Positions 8,881 to 18,328 of a DNA stretch of 64,000 bases are shown here, in pieces. The notes beneath the pieces were generated by a model. The model made no database searches and had not been told where the DNA came from. It worked only from the letters and a program-made list of their open reading frames with translations. Every line of letters begins with the position of its first letter. Within the stretch, counting starts at the first letter, position 1. Location of the stretch: NCBI GenBank assembly GCA_021324295.1, contig JAJPJJ010000088.1, forward strand, positions 24,902 to 88,901, read 5' to 3'. Source of the DNA: Bacillota bacterium (GTDB taxonomy: Bacteria; Sysuimicrobiota; Sysuimicrobiia; Sysuimicrobiales; Segetimicrobiaceae). The translations under genes were made by a program, and so were the position numbers.

Positions 8881-9887
8881 GGGTCGCTCTCCGGGATATC
8901 GTCGTGCGTGCGCACCTTTGGCGGGCGCGGCGCCGGGCGCTGCTCGGCGGCCGCGGGCACCGGGACGATCTCGTCGGGCGAGGCCGGCGCGCCCGCGAGG
9001 ACGGCGTCGACCGCCTGGGCGGCGTCGCGGTGCACGGCGAGCGTGCGGTCCCGGCGCACCTCCACGGCGCAGCCGATGATCGGCGGCTCGAGCCGCCGCG
9101 GGCGGCCCCCGTCGGAGGACGGCTGTCCGACGAGCCCCGCGAGCTCGGGGTTGTGGACGATGTCGCCGAGCCCCTCGCCGTGCGCGGTGGCGAGCAGGCG
9201 CACGCCGCGGCGGGCGATGGTGCGGGCCGCGTCCGCCTCCCGGCGGGTCGTGATCTCGTCCACGACGACGACCTCCGGGAAGTGGTTGCGGACCGCGATC
9301 AGCATGATGTCGTACTGCGTGGCCGGCGCCGGCGCGCTGGGGCCCGGCACCTGCAGGCGCCTGGCCATCCCGATCGCCGGGTGCGGCACGACCCCGTCGC
9401 CGCCGATCTCGTTGTGGGAGTCGACCACCACGACCGCGGTGCCGAGCGCCTCGCTGAGGATCCGCGTGCAGTCGCGCAGCAGCGTCGTCTTCCCCGAGCC
9501 CGGCCGGCCGATCAGCAGGACCGACTCGCCGGTGTCGAGCAGGACGCGCCGCAGCGGCTCCGCCACGCCGGTGAGGTGGCGGCCGAGGCGGACCGTGACC
9601 CCCACCGGATCGCCGTACCGGTCGCGCACCAGGCTGAGCCGGTGCAGGGTCCCCTCCACGCCGGCGCGGTCGTCGCGCTCGAAGGCACCCACGCTCCCGA
9701 CGACGAACAGGATCTCCTCTTTGACGATCGGCATCGGGTCGAGCACCCGGAACCCGGCCGCGAACCGCGCCACCGGCGGCCGGCCGATGTCGAGCGCGAG
9801 CTCTACGAGGTCAGGCCCGAGAGACCCGACATACCCGGCGACCCTCGGGGGGAGGTGGCGGAGCAGGCGGGAGAGGTCGGGGTCCAT
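8853..9887 (-). CDS. SpoIIIAA / R3H-domain-like P-loop ATPase.
   Basis: Walker A LLIGRPGSGKTTLLRD. Walker B-like VVVVDE...IT at the end of the domain. It overlaps the sigma gene start by about 27 nt. Confidence 0.5.
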   Translation of the reverse strand: MDPDLSRLLRHLPPRVAGYVGSLGPDLVELALDIGRPPVARFAAGFRVLDPMPIVKEEILFVVGSVGAFERDDRAGVEGTLHRLSLVRDRYGDPVGVTVRLGRHLTGVAEPLRRVLLDTGESVLLIGRPGSGKTTLLRDCTRILSEALGTAVVVVDSHNEIGGDGVVPHPAIGMARRLQVPGPSAPAPATQYDIMLIAVRNHFPEVVVVDEITTRREADAARTIARRGVRLLATAHGEGLGDIVHNPELAGLVGQPSSDGGRPRRLEPPIIGCAVEVRRDRTLAVHRDAAQAVDAVLAGAPASPDEIVPVPAAAEQRPAPRPPKVRTHDDIPESDPWGWSEDSA

Positions 9888-9915
9888 ACGCCGCCACCAG
9901 ACAGACCCTTGCCAC

Positions 9916-10521
9916 CTACGGCAGACGTCTGCCGTGGGTGGCAGGGGTCTGTCTGCTGTAGATCCGGTCGTCCAGCTTCTCGAGCACGATGCACCGGACG
10001 AGGCCGCTCTGGATGGTCTGCGGGTGCTTGCCGCGGTGTCTGGCGATCTCCCGCACGCTCCAGCCGGCGAGGTGGAGGCGGTAGTCCTCCCACATCTCCT
10101 CCTCGGTCCGAGGGACGCTGTAGCCGGCCATCCGGGCCACCTGTCGCCCGGAGACCCCGGCCGCCTCGCCGATCTGGTTGAAGAACTGCTCGTGGTCCGC
10201 GGCCGCCGCCCCCGGGTGCGCGGCCTGCCAGGCGCGGTAGGCCGCGCGCAGGGCCGTGTAGCAGTCGCTGTACGCCGCCGCGGCCTCGCGCCGCAGCGAC
10301 GCGACGCGCCGGCGCGCCATCCTCCTCTTCCTCACCGCGAGCCTGTAGAGGTACAGCGCCCTGGCGAACTGGTGCCGCGCCCGCTGGGCGATCCTGCGCG
10401 CCTCGACCGACGCGGCCGTGGACTGGACGGCCGCGCGCACGAGCTCGGCGCACCGCGCCGCGTCCGCCCGGAGGGCGTCCGCGGCGGCCGGTGGATCCGC
10501 GAGCGCGGGCCGCTCCGGCAC
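9916..10521 (-). CDS. Hypothetical HTH protein with a sigma-region-4-like C-terminus.
   Basis: The segment WSVREIARHRGKHPQTIQSGLVRC resembles a helix-turn-helix. No further family call is possible. Confidence 0.4.
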   Translation of the reverse strand: MPERPALADPPAAADALRADAARCAELVRAAVQSTAASVEARRIAQRARHQFARALYLYRLAVRKRRMARRRVASLRREAAAAYSDCYTALRAAYRAWQAAHPGAAAADHEQFFNQIGEAAGVSGRQVARMAGYSVPRTEEEMWEDYRLHLAGWSVREIARHRGKHPQTIQSGLVRCIVLEKLDDRIYSRQTPATHGRRLP

Positions 10522-10524
10522 CGC

Positions 10525-11823
10525 CTACCTCCGCGCCGTCCGGCCGGCCGCGCGGTGGCGCGCGCGCCGCTGGTGGTCGCTGGCCACGGCGTGGTGCGCC
10601 TCGGCCAGCATGTCCTTCAGCCTCGCGAGGTCGCGGCGGGCGAGGTGCGGGTCGCGGTAGATCCGGGCGCGCCAGGCGAACGCGAGGAGGCCGGCCCAGA
10701 GCGTGTCGAGGGGCGACCACAGGAGCTTCGCCTGCTCGACCATGTACTCGGCCGCCTCGTGCTCGGCCCACTCGTTGATCCGCTCGAGGACGCCGGTGAA
10801 CTTCGCGACGTGGTTCGCGAGCAGGGCTTTGAGCTCGCTCAGGTTGCGCCGGACGTCGTACTTGTCGATCTGGGCGGCGAACAGGTTGAGCGCGGTCGCC
10901 GCGTGCGCCGACTCGTCGTCCTCGTCGGAGGCCGCCGGGGCCGGGGCCGGCGCGGCCCGCTGCCCGTCCGCGGCCGGCAGCGCCAGCGGGAGGCCGAGCT
11001 CCACGGCCTGCTTCTGCACCGCGGTGCGCGTGACGCCCTGGTCCGAGGCGATCGCGTTCACCACCGCGGTCGGCACGAAGCCGTGCGCCTTCGCCGCGTC
11101 GCGCAGGCGGCGCTCCGCCTCGGCCTTCTGCTCCGCGGTGCGGTCCTGGAAGACGTTCTTGACGGCGTCGTAGACGATCGCGGCGTGGACGCCGGACTGC
11201 GGGGCCGCCCACTCGGCCCACCCCATCGCGTCGCGGTCGCCCTCGTGCGCCTCGCGGTGCCGCTGCGCGAGGATGCGGAAGGTCGTCGCGCACTCCCCGG
11301 CGGTGAGGCGCTGCCCCTGCGGGGCGTTGAAGTAGACGAACAGCAGCTCGGGCGGCGGGTCCCCGTACATCGGATGGCGCTTGTAGGCGGGCGCGATGAG
11401 CTGGGCCGGCACGTGGGTCATGCCGGCCTCCTGCGCCGCCATCGCGCGCATCGCGCCGTCCACGACCACGTTGCTGGAGCCCCCGTCCGGCCGCGCCAGC
11501 ACCTTGATCGGATCGAGCCCGCAGGCGCGGAAGATCTCGTCCGGCTCCAGATCCGGCGAGGCCTCGCGCGCCGCGGCGATGAGCGACCGCAGCGCGTGGA
11601 TCGTGTCGCTGATCGCCTCCCGGCTGCGGCGCAGCCCCACGGCCAGCCTGAGGCCGCGGAACGTCAGCTCCCGCTCCTCGTCCTCCGGGATGTCCCGGAA
11701 GAGCTTGCGGAGCGACATGTCCATCCGCAGCATCTCGATCGCGAGCGCAAGCCCGTCCTTCACGACGACATACGGCTGGCCGATGCGCCGCTGCGCGAGC
11801 TTCGGGCTGACCTGTGCAGGCAT
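10525..11823 (-). CDS. ParB/Srx-like nuclease-domain protein, about 433 aa.
   Basis: The central segment IKVLARPDGGSSNVVVDGAMRAMAAQEAGMTHVPAQLI resembles the ParB N-terminal domain (hhDGhHRhhAA...G...hP). Start chosen at MPAQVSPKL at 11823. The upstream part of the ORF is R-rich. Confidence 0.5.
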   Translation of the reverse strand: MPAQVSPKLAQRRIGQPYVVVKDGLALAIEMLRMDMSLRKLFRDIPEDEERELTFRGLRLAVGLRRSREAISDTIHALRSLIAAAREASPDLEPDEIFRACGLDPIKVLARPDGGSSNVVVDGAMRAMAAQEAGMTHVPAQLIAPAYKRHPMYGDPPPELLFVYFNAPQGQRLTAGECATTFRILAQRHREAHEGDRDAMGWAEWAAPQSGVHAAIVYDAVKNVFQDRTAEQKAEAERRLRDAAKAHGFVPTAVVNAIASDQGVTRTAVQKQAVELGLPLALPAADGQRAAPAPAPAASDEDDESAHAATALNLFAAQIDKYDVRRNLSELKALLANHVAKFTGVLERINEWAEHEAAEYMVEQAKLLWSPLDTLWAGLLAFAWRARIYRDPHLARRDLARLKDMLAEAHHAVASDHQRRARHRAAGRTARR

Positions 11824-12015
11824 GGCCACGGCTGCCACCACCCCCCTTGATGGATGGAGCGCTTCAGTTCGGCGCTCAGTGTAGGGCGGCGCCCGTGCGG
11901 GCCAAGAGAAACCCGGTTCACGCAGCAGGGCCGTCCGGGACACTGCGCCCCCGCCCGGGAGGCGGGCCGAGCAGGGCCATTGTGCGGGAACGGCCGCCCG
12001 CTGTCTATGACGAGC

Positions 12016-12059
12016 GCATATGCCTAGGCATATGCCTGCGCATATGCCTAGGCATATGC
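12016..12059. repeat. Two tandem copies of a perfect 20-bp palindrome, GCATATGCCTAGGCATATGC, separated by CTGC (24-bp period).
   Basis: Read directly. Each unit is exactly self-complementary. It lies about 190 bp upstream of the ParB-like gene start and just downstream of the Crp-family gene. Its A+T content is high relative to this genome. Confidence 0.85.
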
Positions 12060-12183
12060 GCAGGCATAATTCGGACCCGTGTCCATGGCACAGGATGGGG
12101 GTGTGACGCCGGCGAGGTGGGGCGCTGTCGTGTCTGGCCGGCGCAGGCCGCCGCGGACCGGCTCAGGCGGCCTGCGCCGGCAG

Positions 12184-12951
12184 TCAGGAGATGCCGGGGT
12201 CGCCGGTCGCGACTCTGGCGATGGCCGCCGGGTCCATTAGCAGGATCCGGTGCCCGCTAGCGCTGGCGATCCCGGCCTGGCGCCAGGCCGCGAAGACCCG
12301 GCTCACCGTGGCCTGGTTGAGACAGGCGATCTCCGCGAGATCCTGCTGCGAGGCGTCCAGCACCAGCGGACGGTCCGGGGGGCCTGCCCGCATGGCGTGG
12401 CGGGCGATCTCCATCACCGCCATCGCCAGGCGCTGGTCGGAGCGCCTGGTGAGCAGCTCCGCCATCCGGTCGTACGCCGCGAGCGCCGCCCGGGCGGCGA
12501 CCCGCAGGCCGGCCATGGCGACCGCGGGGTGCCTGCCGGCGAGGTGCGCCCACGTCAGGGCGTCCCACCACAGCGACTCGCACCCGGTGAGCGCCTCGGC
12601 GGAGTACGGGTATTCCGTGCCGTCCAGCACGGCGGCGCCGCCGACCACCACGCCCGCGGACGCGACCCTGAGGGCGATCCGCGTGCCGTCGGGCTCGGTC
12701 CGCACCAGCTTGACCAGGCCGGACGTCACGACGTAGAGGCGCGACGCCGGGGCCCCCTGCCGGAACAGCGCCTGCCCGCGGCCGGCGCGGGAGAGCCGGG
12801 CCGCGGCCGAGACCTCGGCGATGGCGGCCGGAGGCAGCCCGTCAAACAGCGGGAGCGATGCGGCACCCGCTGGACAGGCGCCGCGGGGCGCGCCTGCGCC
12901 GCTGTGAATGTGAATTGGAGGCCGTGCTGATACACCGTCTTGGGTCTGCAT
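12184..12951 (-). CDS. Crp/Fnr family transcriptional regulator.
   Basis: cNMP-binding-like N-domain. C-terminal HTH QQDLAEIACLNQATVSRVFAAWRQAGI. Start at MQTQDG at 12951. The upstream part of the ORF is junk. Confidence 0.7.
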   Translation of the reverse strand: MQTQDGVSARPPIHIHSGAGAPRGACPAGAASLPLFDGLPPAAIAEVSAAARLSRAGRGQALFRQGAPASRLYVVTSGLVKLVRTEPDGTRIALRVASAGVVVGGAAVLDGTEYPYSAEALTGCESLWWDALTWAHLAGRHPAVAMAGLRVAARAALAAYDRMAELLTRRSDQRLAMAVMEIARHAMRAGPPDRPLVLDASQQDLAEIACLNQATVSRVFAAWRQAGIASASGHRILLMDPAAIARVATGDPGIS

Positions 12952-13665
12952 GGCGGCGATCCACCGCAGAGCAGGCCGCGCCGGCCGGCGCCTCCCGCGG
13001 CGCGGCCCGGATGACGTTCCCTCCTTTCGCGTCTGCGTCGCGGCGGGGGCGGAAGCGAGGCCGGACGCGCCCGCGGCGATCGGCCGCCGCACATCGGCTG
13101 GCGCCGGCGGAGCTGCGCGTCCGGGATCAGACCGCCGTCGGAGAGTAGGGATCCGCGCAGAAGCGCATGGGACTGCCGCGGGGAGATCACAAGGCAGGTG
13201 CTTCTTCGGTGCTTCACCGCTGCGCCCCCCGTTCGTCCAGCCGTGCAGCCCGCCGCAGCAAAAAGAAGAGGGCCGCCCCGGCCGTCGAGCAGGGGCAACC
13301 CCTTTCGGCAGCGCAGCCGACCGCGCGACGTCCACGCCCCCCGCGCGGTCCTGTCGCTTTGCGGCCCCGGATTGCTCCGGGTGTGCTCTTATCGAGAGGT
13401 CTCGAGCGTCACTCTGTCAGTTGTGCCAATCACGTTACACGCCCCGCCGGCGGCTGTCAATGCAAGTTGCGTATAAGGTGCGCGGAAGTACCGTTTAGCA
13501 CCGATAGAAGTTGGCCGCACCGGGCACCATATGCGGACGGCGTGACCTGCTTCCACAGGGGAATCCCCGGGCTTCAGTCCGGCGAGGACGTCAACGCGGG
13601 TTGCCCCGGCCCGCTGCGGCCGCTCGCATACACTGACGCCACACCATGGTGCGCGGAGGTCGCCG

Positions 13666-14757
13666 ATGCGGGTCGTGGCGGTCGGTGTCCTGATCGCGGC
13701 CCTTGCCAGCGCGGCGTGGGCCGCGCCGGTTACGTTGAGTGCGCAGGCGCTCCGGGAAAGCCCCGGCGTCGTCGCGATCGACGGGCAGAACGAGACGGCG
13801 GTCCAGTTCTGCGACGACGTGCGGTGGATCACGTTCAAGGCTCCGTGGCTCCACGCGCAGATCAGCCAGTACGACCGGCGGGTGCTCCTGCTGGACGCGG
13901 CCTCGCAGTCCGGCACGGCGGCGCTGTCGGTCTGGCTGGAGGGGCAGGGCGCTCCGCTGCAGCTCCTCGTGCGCGTGTCCCCGACAACCCTCGAGAACCA
14001 CCTGTACTTCGTGTCGTGCGGCGCCGCCCAGGCGGCCGCGCGCGCCGGACAGGAGGCCGGCGCGCGGTCCCCGGCCCCGGCCGCTCCCGCGGCCCCGGCG
14101 GCGGCACGGCCCGCGCAGCCCAGCGCGCATCCGGCGCCCGCCGCGGGCCCGGCGCCGGCCGGCGGCGCTGCGGCGTGGGACGCGTTTGTCCCGACGCTGT
14201 CGGCGCGCCAGTGGCAGCTCCTCCAGGCGCTCATCGCCTCGCCGACCGCGGACGCGTACGCGGCGTTCACCGCGTCGCTGTCTGCTGACCAGGCCGCGGT
14301 CTGGAGCCGGCTCGCCCCGTCCGCGCACCTGACTCCGCCGGCGGCGGAGCGGTCCGCGGCGCCGCAGGGCGGGCCCGCCTCGGGACCCGCGCAGGCCTGG
14401 CAGCCGGCGCCGGCGTGGCTCGTCTTCCAGGCCTCGGTCGTCGCGCCCAAGGGCGGCGGCGGCGCGCTCGTCCCGTACACGGTGACCAACACCGGGACGG
14501 TCGAGGTCGTGCTCGACGCGGTCCGCCTCCAGGTCCTGGACGCGAACGGCGCGCCGGTCCGCGATGTGCGGGTGGCGCGCCGCGACACGAGCGGGTTCGA
14601 CGGGCGGGTGCCGCCGGGCGGCGCGGAGTCCGGCACGATCGCCCTCCCGGCCGGCGTCCAGGGGTCCGTCACGATCCGCTGGCCGGCGGTGGCGATCGCC
14701 GAGAGCGCGGAGGGGATCTCCACGTACGCGCTGAGCCAGGCCGTCGAGGTCCCGTAG
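13666..14757 (+). CDS. Secreted hypothetical protein with an Ala/Pro-rich linker, 363 aa.
   Basis: Signal peptide MRVVAVGVLIAALASAAWAAP. Low-complexity AP-rich middle. Beta-rich C-terminal domain. Confidence 0.55.
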   Translation: MRVVAVGVLIAALASAAWAAPVTLSAQALRESPGVVAIDGQNETAVQFCDDVRWITFKAPWLHAQISQYDRRVLLLDAASQSGTAALSVWLEGQGAPLQLLVRVSPTTLENHLYFVSCGAAQAAARAGQEAGARSPAPAAPAAPAAARPAQPSAHPAPAAGPAPAGGAAAWDAFVPTLSARQWQLLQALIASPTADAYAAFTASLSADQAAVWSRLAPSAHLTPPAAERSAAPQGGPASGPAQAWQPAPAWLVFQASVVAPKGGGGALVPYTVTNTGTVEVVLDAVRLQVLDANGAPVRDVRVARRDTSGFDGRVPPGGAESGTIALPAGVQGSVTIRWPAVAIAESAEGISTYALSQAVEVP

Positions 14758-14765
14758 GCCGGGCG

Positions 14766-15278
14766 GTGGTCGACGTCACGATCGGGATCGACCCGGGAGT
14801 GGGCGGCGCCGTGGCCGCGCTGGACGGGCGCGGCAGGCTCGTCGCGCTCGACGACACCCCGACCATCATGGTGCGCTCCGGCCGGAGGCAGCGGCGCGCG
14901 TACGACGTCGCGGCCATGCGCGCCGCGGTGTCGCGCTGCGCCGCGGGCGGGACCGCGGCGCACGCCGTCATCGAGCACCAGCGGGCCATGCCCAAGCAGG
15001 GTGTCGCGAGCATGTTCAGCACGGGATACGGATACGGGCTGTGGGTGGGGCTGCTCGCCGGGCTCGGCATTCCGCACACGGTGGTCGAGCCGCAGCGGTG
15101 GCAGGCGGCGATGCTCCTGGGCCGCGGCGATCCGAAAGCCCGGGCGCTCCTCGCCGCGTCTCGGCTGTTCCCCTCGATCGTGATCCCGAGGACCCGCCAC
15201 GGCCGCGCCGACGCGCTGCTGCTGGCGGAGTACGGGCGCCGGCTGCTGTCAGGCATCGCGCGGGAGGCGGCGTCGTGA
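14766..15278 (+). CDS. RuvC-like Holliday junction resolvase (phage-type).
   Basis: GTG start at 14766. The segment VDVTIGIDPGVGGAVAALDGRGRLVALDD matches the RuvC N-terminal catalytic motif (IGIDPG). It lies 9 nt after the upstream stop. Confidence 0.55.
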   Translation: MVDVTIGIDPGVGGAVAALDGRGRLVALDDTPTIMVRSGRRQRRAYDVAAMRAAVSRCAAGGTAAHAVIEHQRAMPKQGVASMFSTGYGYGLWVGLLAGLGIPHTVVEPQRWQAAMLLGRGDPKARALLAASRLFPSIVIPRTRHGRADALLLAEYGRRLLSGIAREAAS

Positions 15279-15946
15279 CGCGCGCCGCGGTCGCAGCCGC
15301 GATCGGCGCGGGGCTGCTGGCGCTGTGGGGCGCGCCCTCATCGGCGCAGGCGCCGGCCGGCACGACGAACGCGGTGCTGAGCTACGTCGACGCGGCGGGC
15401 GGCCACGTGAGCGTGGTCCGGCACTGGACGGGTCCGGGCACCGGGCAGGACACGCAGGTGACGCCGTTCACGCCCTACTTCTGGGACGGCTGCCTGCCGT
15501 TCCAGCAGGGCGCGCTCATGCTGCTGCTCACGAGCCCGGCGGGCTACCCAGCGCCGCAGCTCACGAGCTCCGCGGCGTACACGGCCCAGTACCTCGCCAG
15601 GCTGGGGCAGGCGGCGGCGTCGGCGCTCAATCAGGCGGCGGCGTCCCTGCCGCCGTCCCAGGCGCAGGCCGCGGGCAACCTGGAGGCGCTCGCGGCGCGG
15701 CTCGCCACGCCGGGCGACCCGGCCTATGAGATCCTGAAGGCCGCTCCGCTCGTGAACTCCCTCAGCGCGTACGAGGACTACGGGTACGCGGTGTTCATGT
15801 TCGTGCGGTGGAAGTGGATCTACGTCCCGTTCCCCGTGCCGTCGCCGTGCGCGCAGGTCGACATCGTGTCGGTTCCGGAGGGGTACGGGATCCCGTTCGT
15901 CGCGCGGGCGCGGCCGTCCTGGACCGAGGCCCGCTGGCGCCCGTAG
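15275..15946 (+). CDS. Secreted hypothetical protein.
   Basis: GTG at 15275 overlaps the upstream stop (GTGA). Signal peptide VTRAAVAAAIGAGLLALWGAPSSAQA. Confidence 0.5.
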   Translation: MTRAAVAAAIGAGLLALWGAPSSAQAPAGTTNAVLSYVDAAGGHVSVVRHWTGPGTGQDTQVTPFTPYFWDGCLPFQQGALMLLLTSPAGYPAPQLTSSAAYTAQYLARLGQAAASALNQAAASLPPSQAQAAGNLEALAARLATPGDPAYEILKAAPLVNSLSAYEDYGYAVFMFVRWKWIYVPFPVPSPCAQVDIVSVPEGYGIPFVARARPSWTEARWRP

Positions 15947-16485
15947 TGCCGGCGGCGCGCGGGTGGCCCGCGCTGGCGGCCGCCGCGGCCGTGATCGCGG
16001 CGGGCGTGCCCGCGGCGGCCGCCGGCCCCCAGGCGCGGCAGGCCGAGGTGCGGGCCGCGGGAGGCGTGGTCGTGCGGTACCCGGCGCTGTGGCGGGCCGC
16101 GGTTGCCGAGGGCGGCCGCGTCGTCGTGATCGCGGGGCCGCGGGGAGGCAAGACGCGCGCGGCCGCCGCGATCATGGTCGTGCGCGGGGGCGCCGACAGC
16201 GCGGCGCTGCTTGCGAGCGCCGCGCGCGGCCTGGGCGCGCGGGCGCCCCTCAAGCTCCTCGGGGAGCGGCGCCTCGGGCCGGGCCGCGCGGCGCGCTACT
16301 ACGTGCGGGGCGAGGGCGCCGCGTCGGAGTACGTGATGGTCGGCGCCGCGGCGGGCCGCGGCTGGGCGGTGATCATGGTGGCCGTCGATCCGGTGTCGGA
16401 CCCGGCGCTGCGCACGCGGGCCGCGGTGTTTCAGGCCATCCTCATGGACGTGCGGATGCCGGCTGGAGGCGGCGGGGAGGGGTGA
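15946..16485 (+). CDS. Hypothetical exported protein.
   Basis: GTG at 15946 overlaps the upstream TAG. The N-terminus is hydrophobic. It is translationally coupled to the next gene (ATGA at 16483-16487). Confidence 0.45.
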   Translation: MPAARGWPALAAAAAVIAAGVPAAAAGPQARQAEVRAAGGVVVRYPALWRAAVAEGGRVVVIAGPRGGKTRAAAAIMVVRGGADSAALLASAARGLGARAPLKLLGERRLGPGRAARYYVRGEGAASEYVMVGAAAGRGWAVIMVAVDPVSDPALRTRAAVFQAILMDVRMPAGGGGEG

Positions 16486-16724
16486 TGCGGGTGGACGTGC
16501 AGGCCAATGACGCGTGGCGGCGCGGCGTCGAGCGGCGGAGGCGGCTGCTCGGTGTGCGGGACGTGGCGGAGTACCTGGGGCTCAGCAAGGACACGGTGCA
16601 CGAGATGTGCCGGAAGCACCGGATCCCGCACCTCAAGATCGGCGGCCGGATCCGGTTCGAGCCGGAGGAGTTCTACCGGTGGGTGGAGACGCACCGACGC
16701 GGGTATCAGCCGCATCGCGTGTGA
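16485..16724 (+). CDS. xis: Excisionase-family HTH DNA-binding protein.
   Basis: The segment VAEYLGLSKDTVHEMCRKHRIPHLKIGGRIRFEPEEF is the excisionase/MerR-like helix-turn-helix 17 signature. Confidence 0.65.
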   Translation: MRVDVQANDAWRRGVERRRRLLGVRDVAEYLGLSKDTVHEMCRKHRIPHLKIGGRIRFEPEEFYRWVETHRRGYQPHRV

Positions 16725-16789
16725 CGCTGGGATCCGGCGTTGCCGATCTCGTTCGGTACACGCGAGACAGGTGTAAGGGGGAGCACCGT

Positions 16790-17056
16790 ATGACTCAAGT
16801 CGATGAGCTGCGCCATGCCCAGATGGCGGTGGCGGTGTTAGATCCGAATCAGCTCGTTAGCGACGGACTCATGACCGTGCCCGAGGTGGCAGCGTTTCTT
16901 CGGCTCAGCCGAAGCACTGTCTACGCCTTGATGGAGAAGGGCGCGCTGCCGTATGTCCGGATCGGCGCCGCCCGCCGTGTCCCGCGGCGCGCCGTGATTG
17001 ACCTGGCTGCTGCCAACCTTCGGGGGGAGTTCCACGATCGGACCGCAAACTACTGA
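16790..17056 (+). CDS. Second excisionase-family HTH DNA-binding protein.
   Basis: The segment MTVPEVAAFLRLSRSTVYALMEKGALPYVRIGAARRVPRRAV carries the same signature. Confidence 0.6.
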   Translation: MTQVDELRHAQMAVAVLDPNQLVSDGLMTVPEVAAFLRLSRSTVYALMEKGALPYVRIGAARRVPRRAVIDLAAANLRGEFHDRTANY

Positions 17057-17091
17057 GTGCGTCGCGATGACCAGTGTGGAGGTGAACCCCC

Positions 17092-18234
17092 GTGGGCGGC
17101 AGGCGCGGCCGCGGCGAAGGGACGGTGTTCAGACGCGGAGATGGGCTGTGGGTAGGCGCCTTGACCTTTGGGTACGATTCTCGCGGGAAACGCCGCAGAC
17201 AAGTGGTGTACGGGGCCACCAAGGCGGAGGTGCTGGAGCGTCTTGCGCGGCTGCGGGTGAGCGCCCTGGACGGCACAATGGTCCATCCACAGCGCCTCAC
17301 GGTGGCGGGGTATTTGGCGCGGTGGCTGGAAGACACGGTCCGCACCGGGATGCGGGAGAGCACGTATCAGATGTACGAGATAACCGTTCGATGCCACATC
17401 GCGCCGTCCATTGGCGGGGTTCAGCTGCCAAGGGTCGGCGCCATGCACGTTCACGCCATGCTCGCGGAGATGGAACGGAATGGGGCGTCGCCGCGTCAGC
17501 GTCAGATTGCCTTCAAGGTGTTCCGCCGGGCGATGCGCCAGGCGGTGCGCTGGAAGATGATCCCGCACGACCCGTGCGCCGCGGTCACCGCCCCGCGGGT
17601 TCCGCATAGGGAGATGCAGGTGCTGACGCCTGAGCAGGCCAGGCGCTTCCTCGCGGCTGCATGCGAGGACAGATTGTATGGGCTCTATGCCGTCCTGTTG
17701 GGCTGCGGGCTGCGCCTCGGGGAAGCGCTCGGCTTGACATGGCCGGACGTGGATCTGGAGCGAGGCACGATCACGGTGCGGCGGCAGCTGTGTGACGTGA
17801 ACGGCAGGCTCTGGCTGCAGGAGCCGAAGACGGAGCGCTCTCGAAGGACCATAGACCTCCCGGCATTTGTTGCCGATGCACTGCGGGACCACCAACAGCG
17901 AATGAAGACCGAGGGTCACCTCCTCAACGACCGGTTGCTCGTGTTTGTTGACACCGACGGCAAACCTATTCGCCGGACCAATCTCCGGAAACGCTCCTTC
18001 CTCCCGCTGCTTCGCCGGGCGGGGCTGCCGCGCATCAGGCTGCACGACCTGCGTCACACCGCTGCGACGCTGCATCTCTTGCAGGGGACGCACCCGTCTG
18101 TCGTCCAGCACATGCTCGGTCATGCCAGGGTAAGCATCACGCTGGACGTGTACTCGCACGTCCTCCCGACGCTCGGCAAGGAGGCGGCCCAGCGGATCGA
18201 CGCGCTGCTGCGGGCGCCGCGGCCGGGCCGGTGA
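17092..18234 (+). CDS. int: Tyrosine site-specific integrase (phage integrase family).
   Basis: GTG start. C-terminal catalytic region includes RLHDLRHTAATLHL...HMLGHARVSITLDVYSHV with the R..HxxR..Y pattern. Confidence 0.85.
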   Translation: MGGRRGRGEGTVFRRGDGLWVGALTFGYDSRGKRRRQVVYGATKAEVLERLARLRVSALDGTMVHPQRLTVAGYLARWLEDTVRTGMRESTYQMYEITVRCHIAPSIGGVQLPRVGAMHVHAMLAEMERNGASPRQRQIAFKVFRRAMRQAVRWKMIPHDPCAAVTAPRVPHREMQVLTPEQARRFLAAACEDRLYGLYAVLLGCGLRLGEALGLTWPDVDLERGTITVRRQLCDVNGRLWLQEPKTERSRRTIDLPAFVADALRDHQQRMKTEGHLLNDRLLVFVDTDGKPIRRTNLRKRSFLPLLRRAGLPRIRLHDLRHTAATLHLLQGTHPSVVQHMLGHARVSITLDVYSHVLPTLGKEAAQRIDALLRAPRPGR

Positions 18235-18328
18235 GGCTGGACTGTAGCCAAACTGTAGCCAAACGGGCAGATAACGGGCTACGGAAGCGCACGTCTGTGG
18301 ACGCCGAAACGTGGCGGAAGCCCAATAA

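Noticed and set aside
7453-11850. 1465-aa plus-strand ORF.
   Set aside because: It runs opposite four well-supported minus-strand genes (sigma, ATPase, HTH, ParB-like). Its composition is junk and it has no domains.
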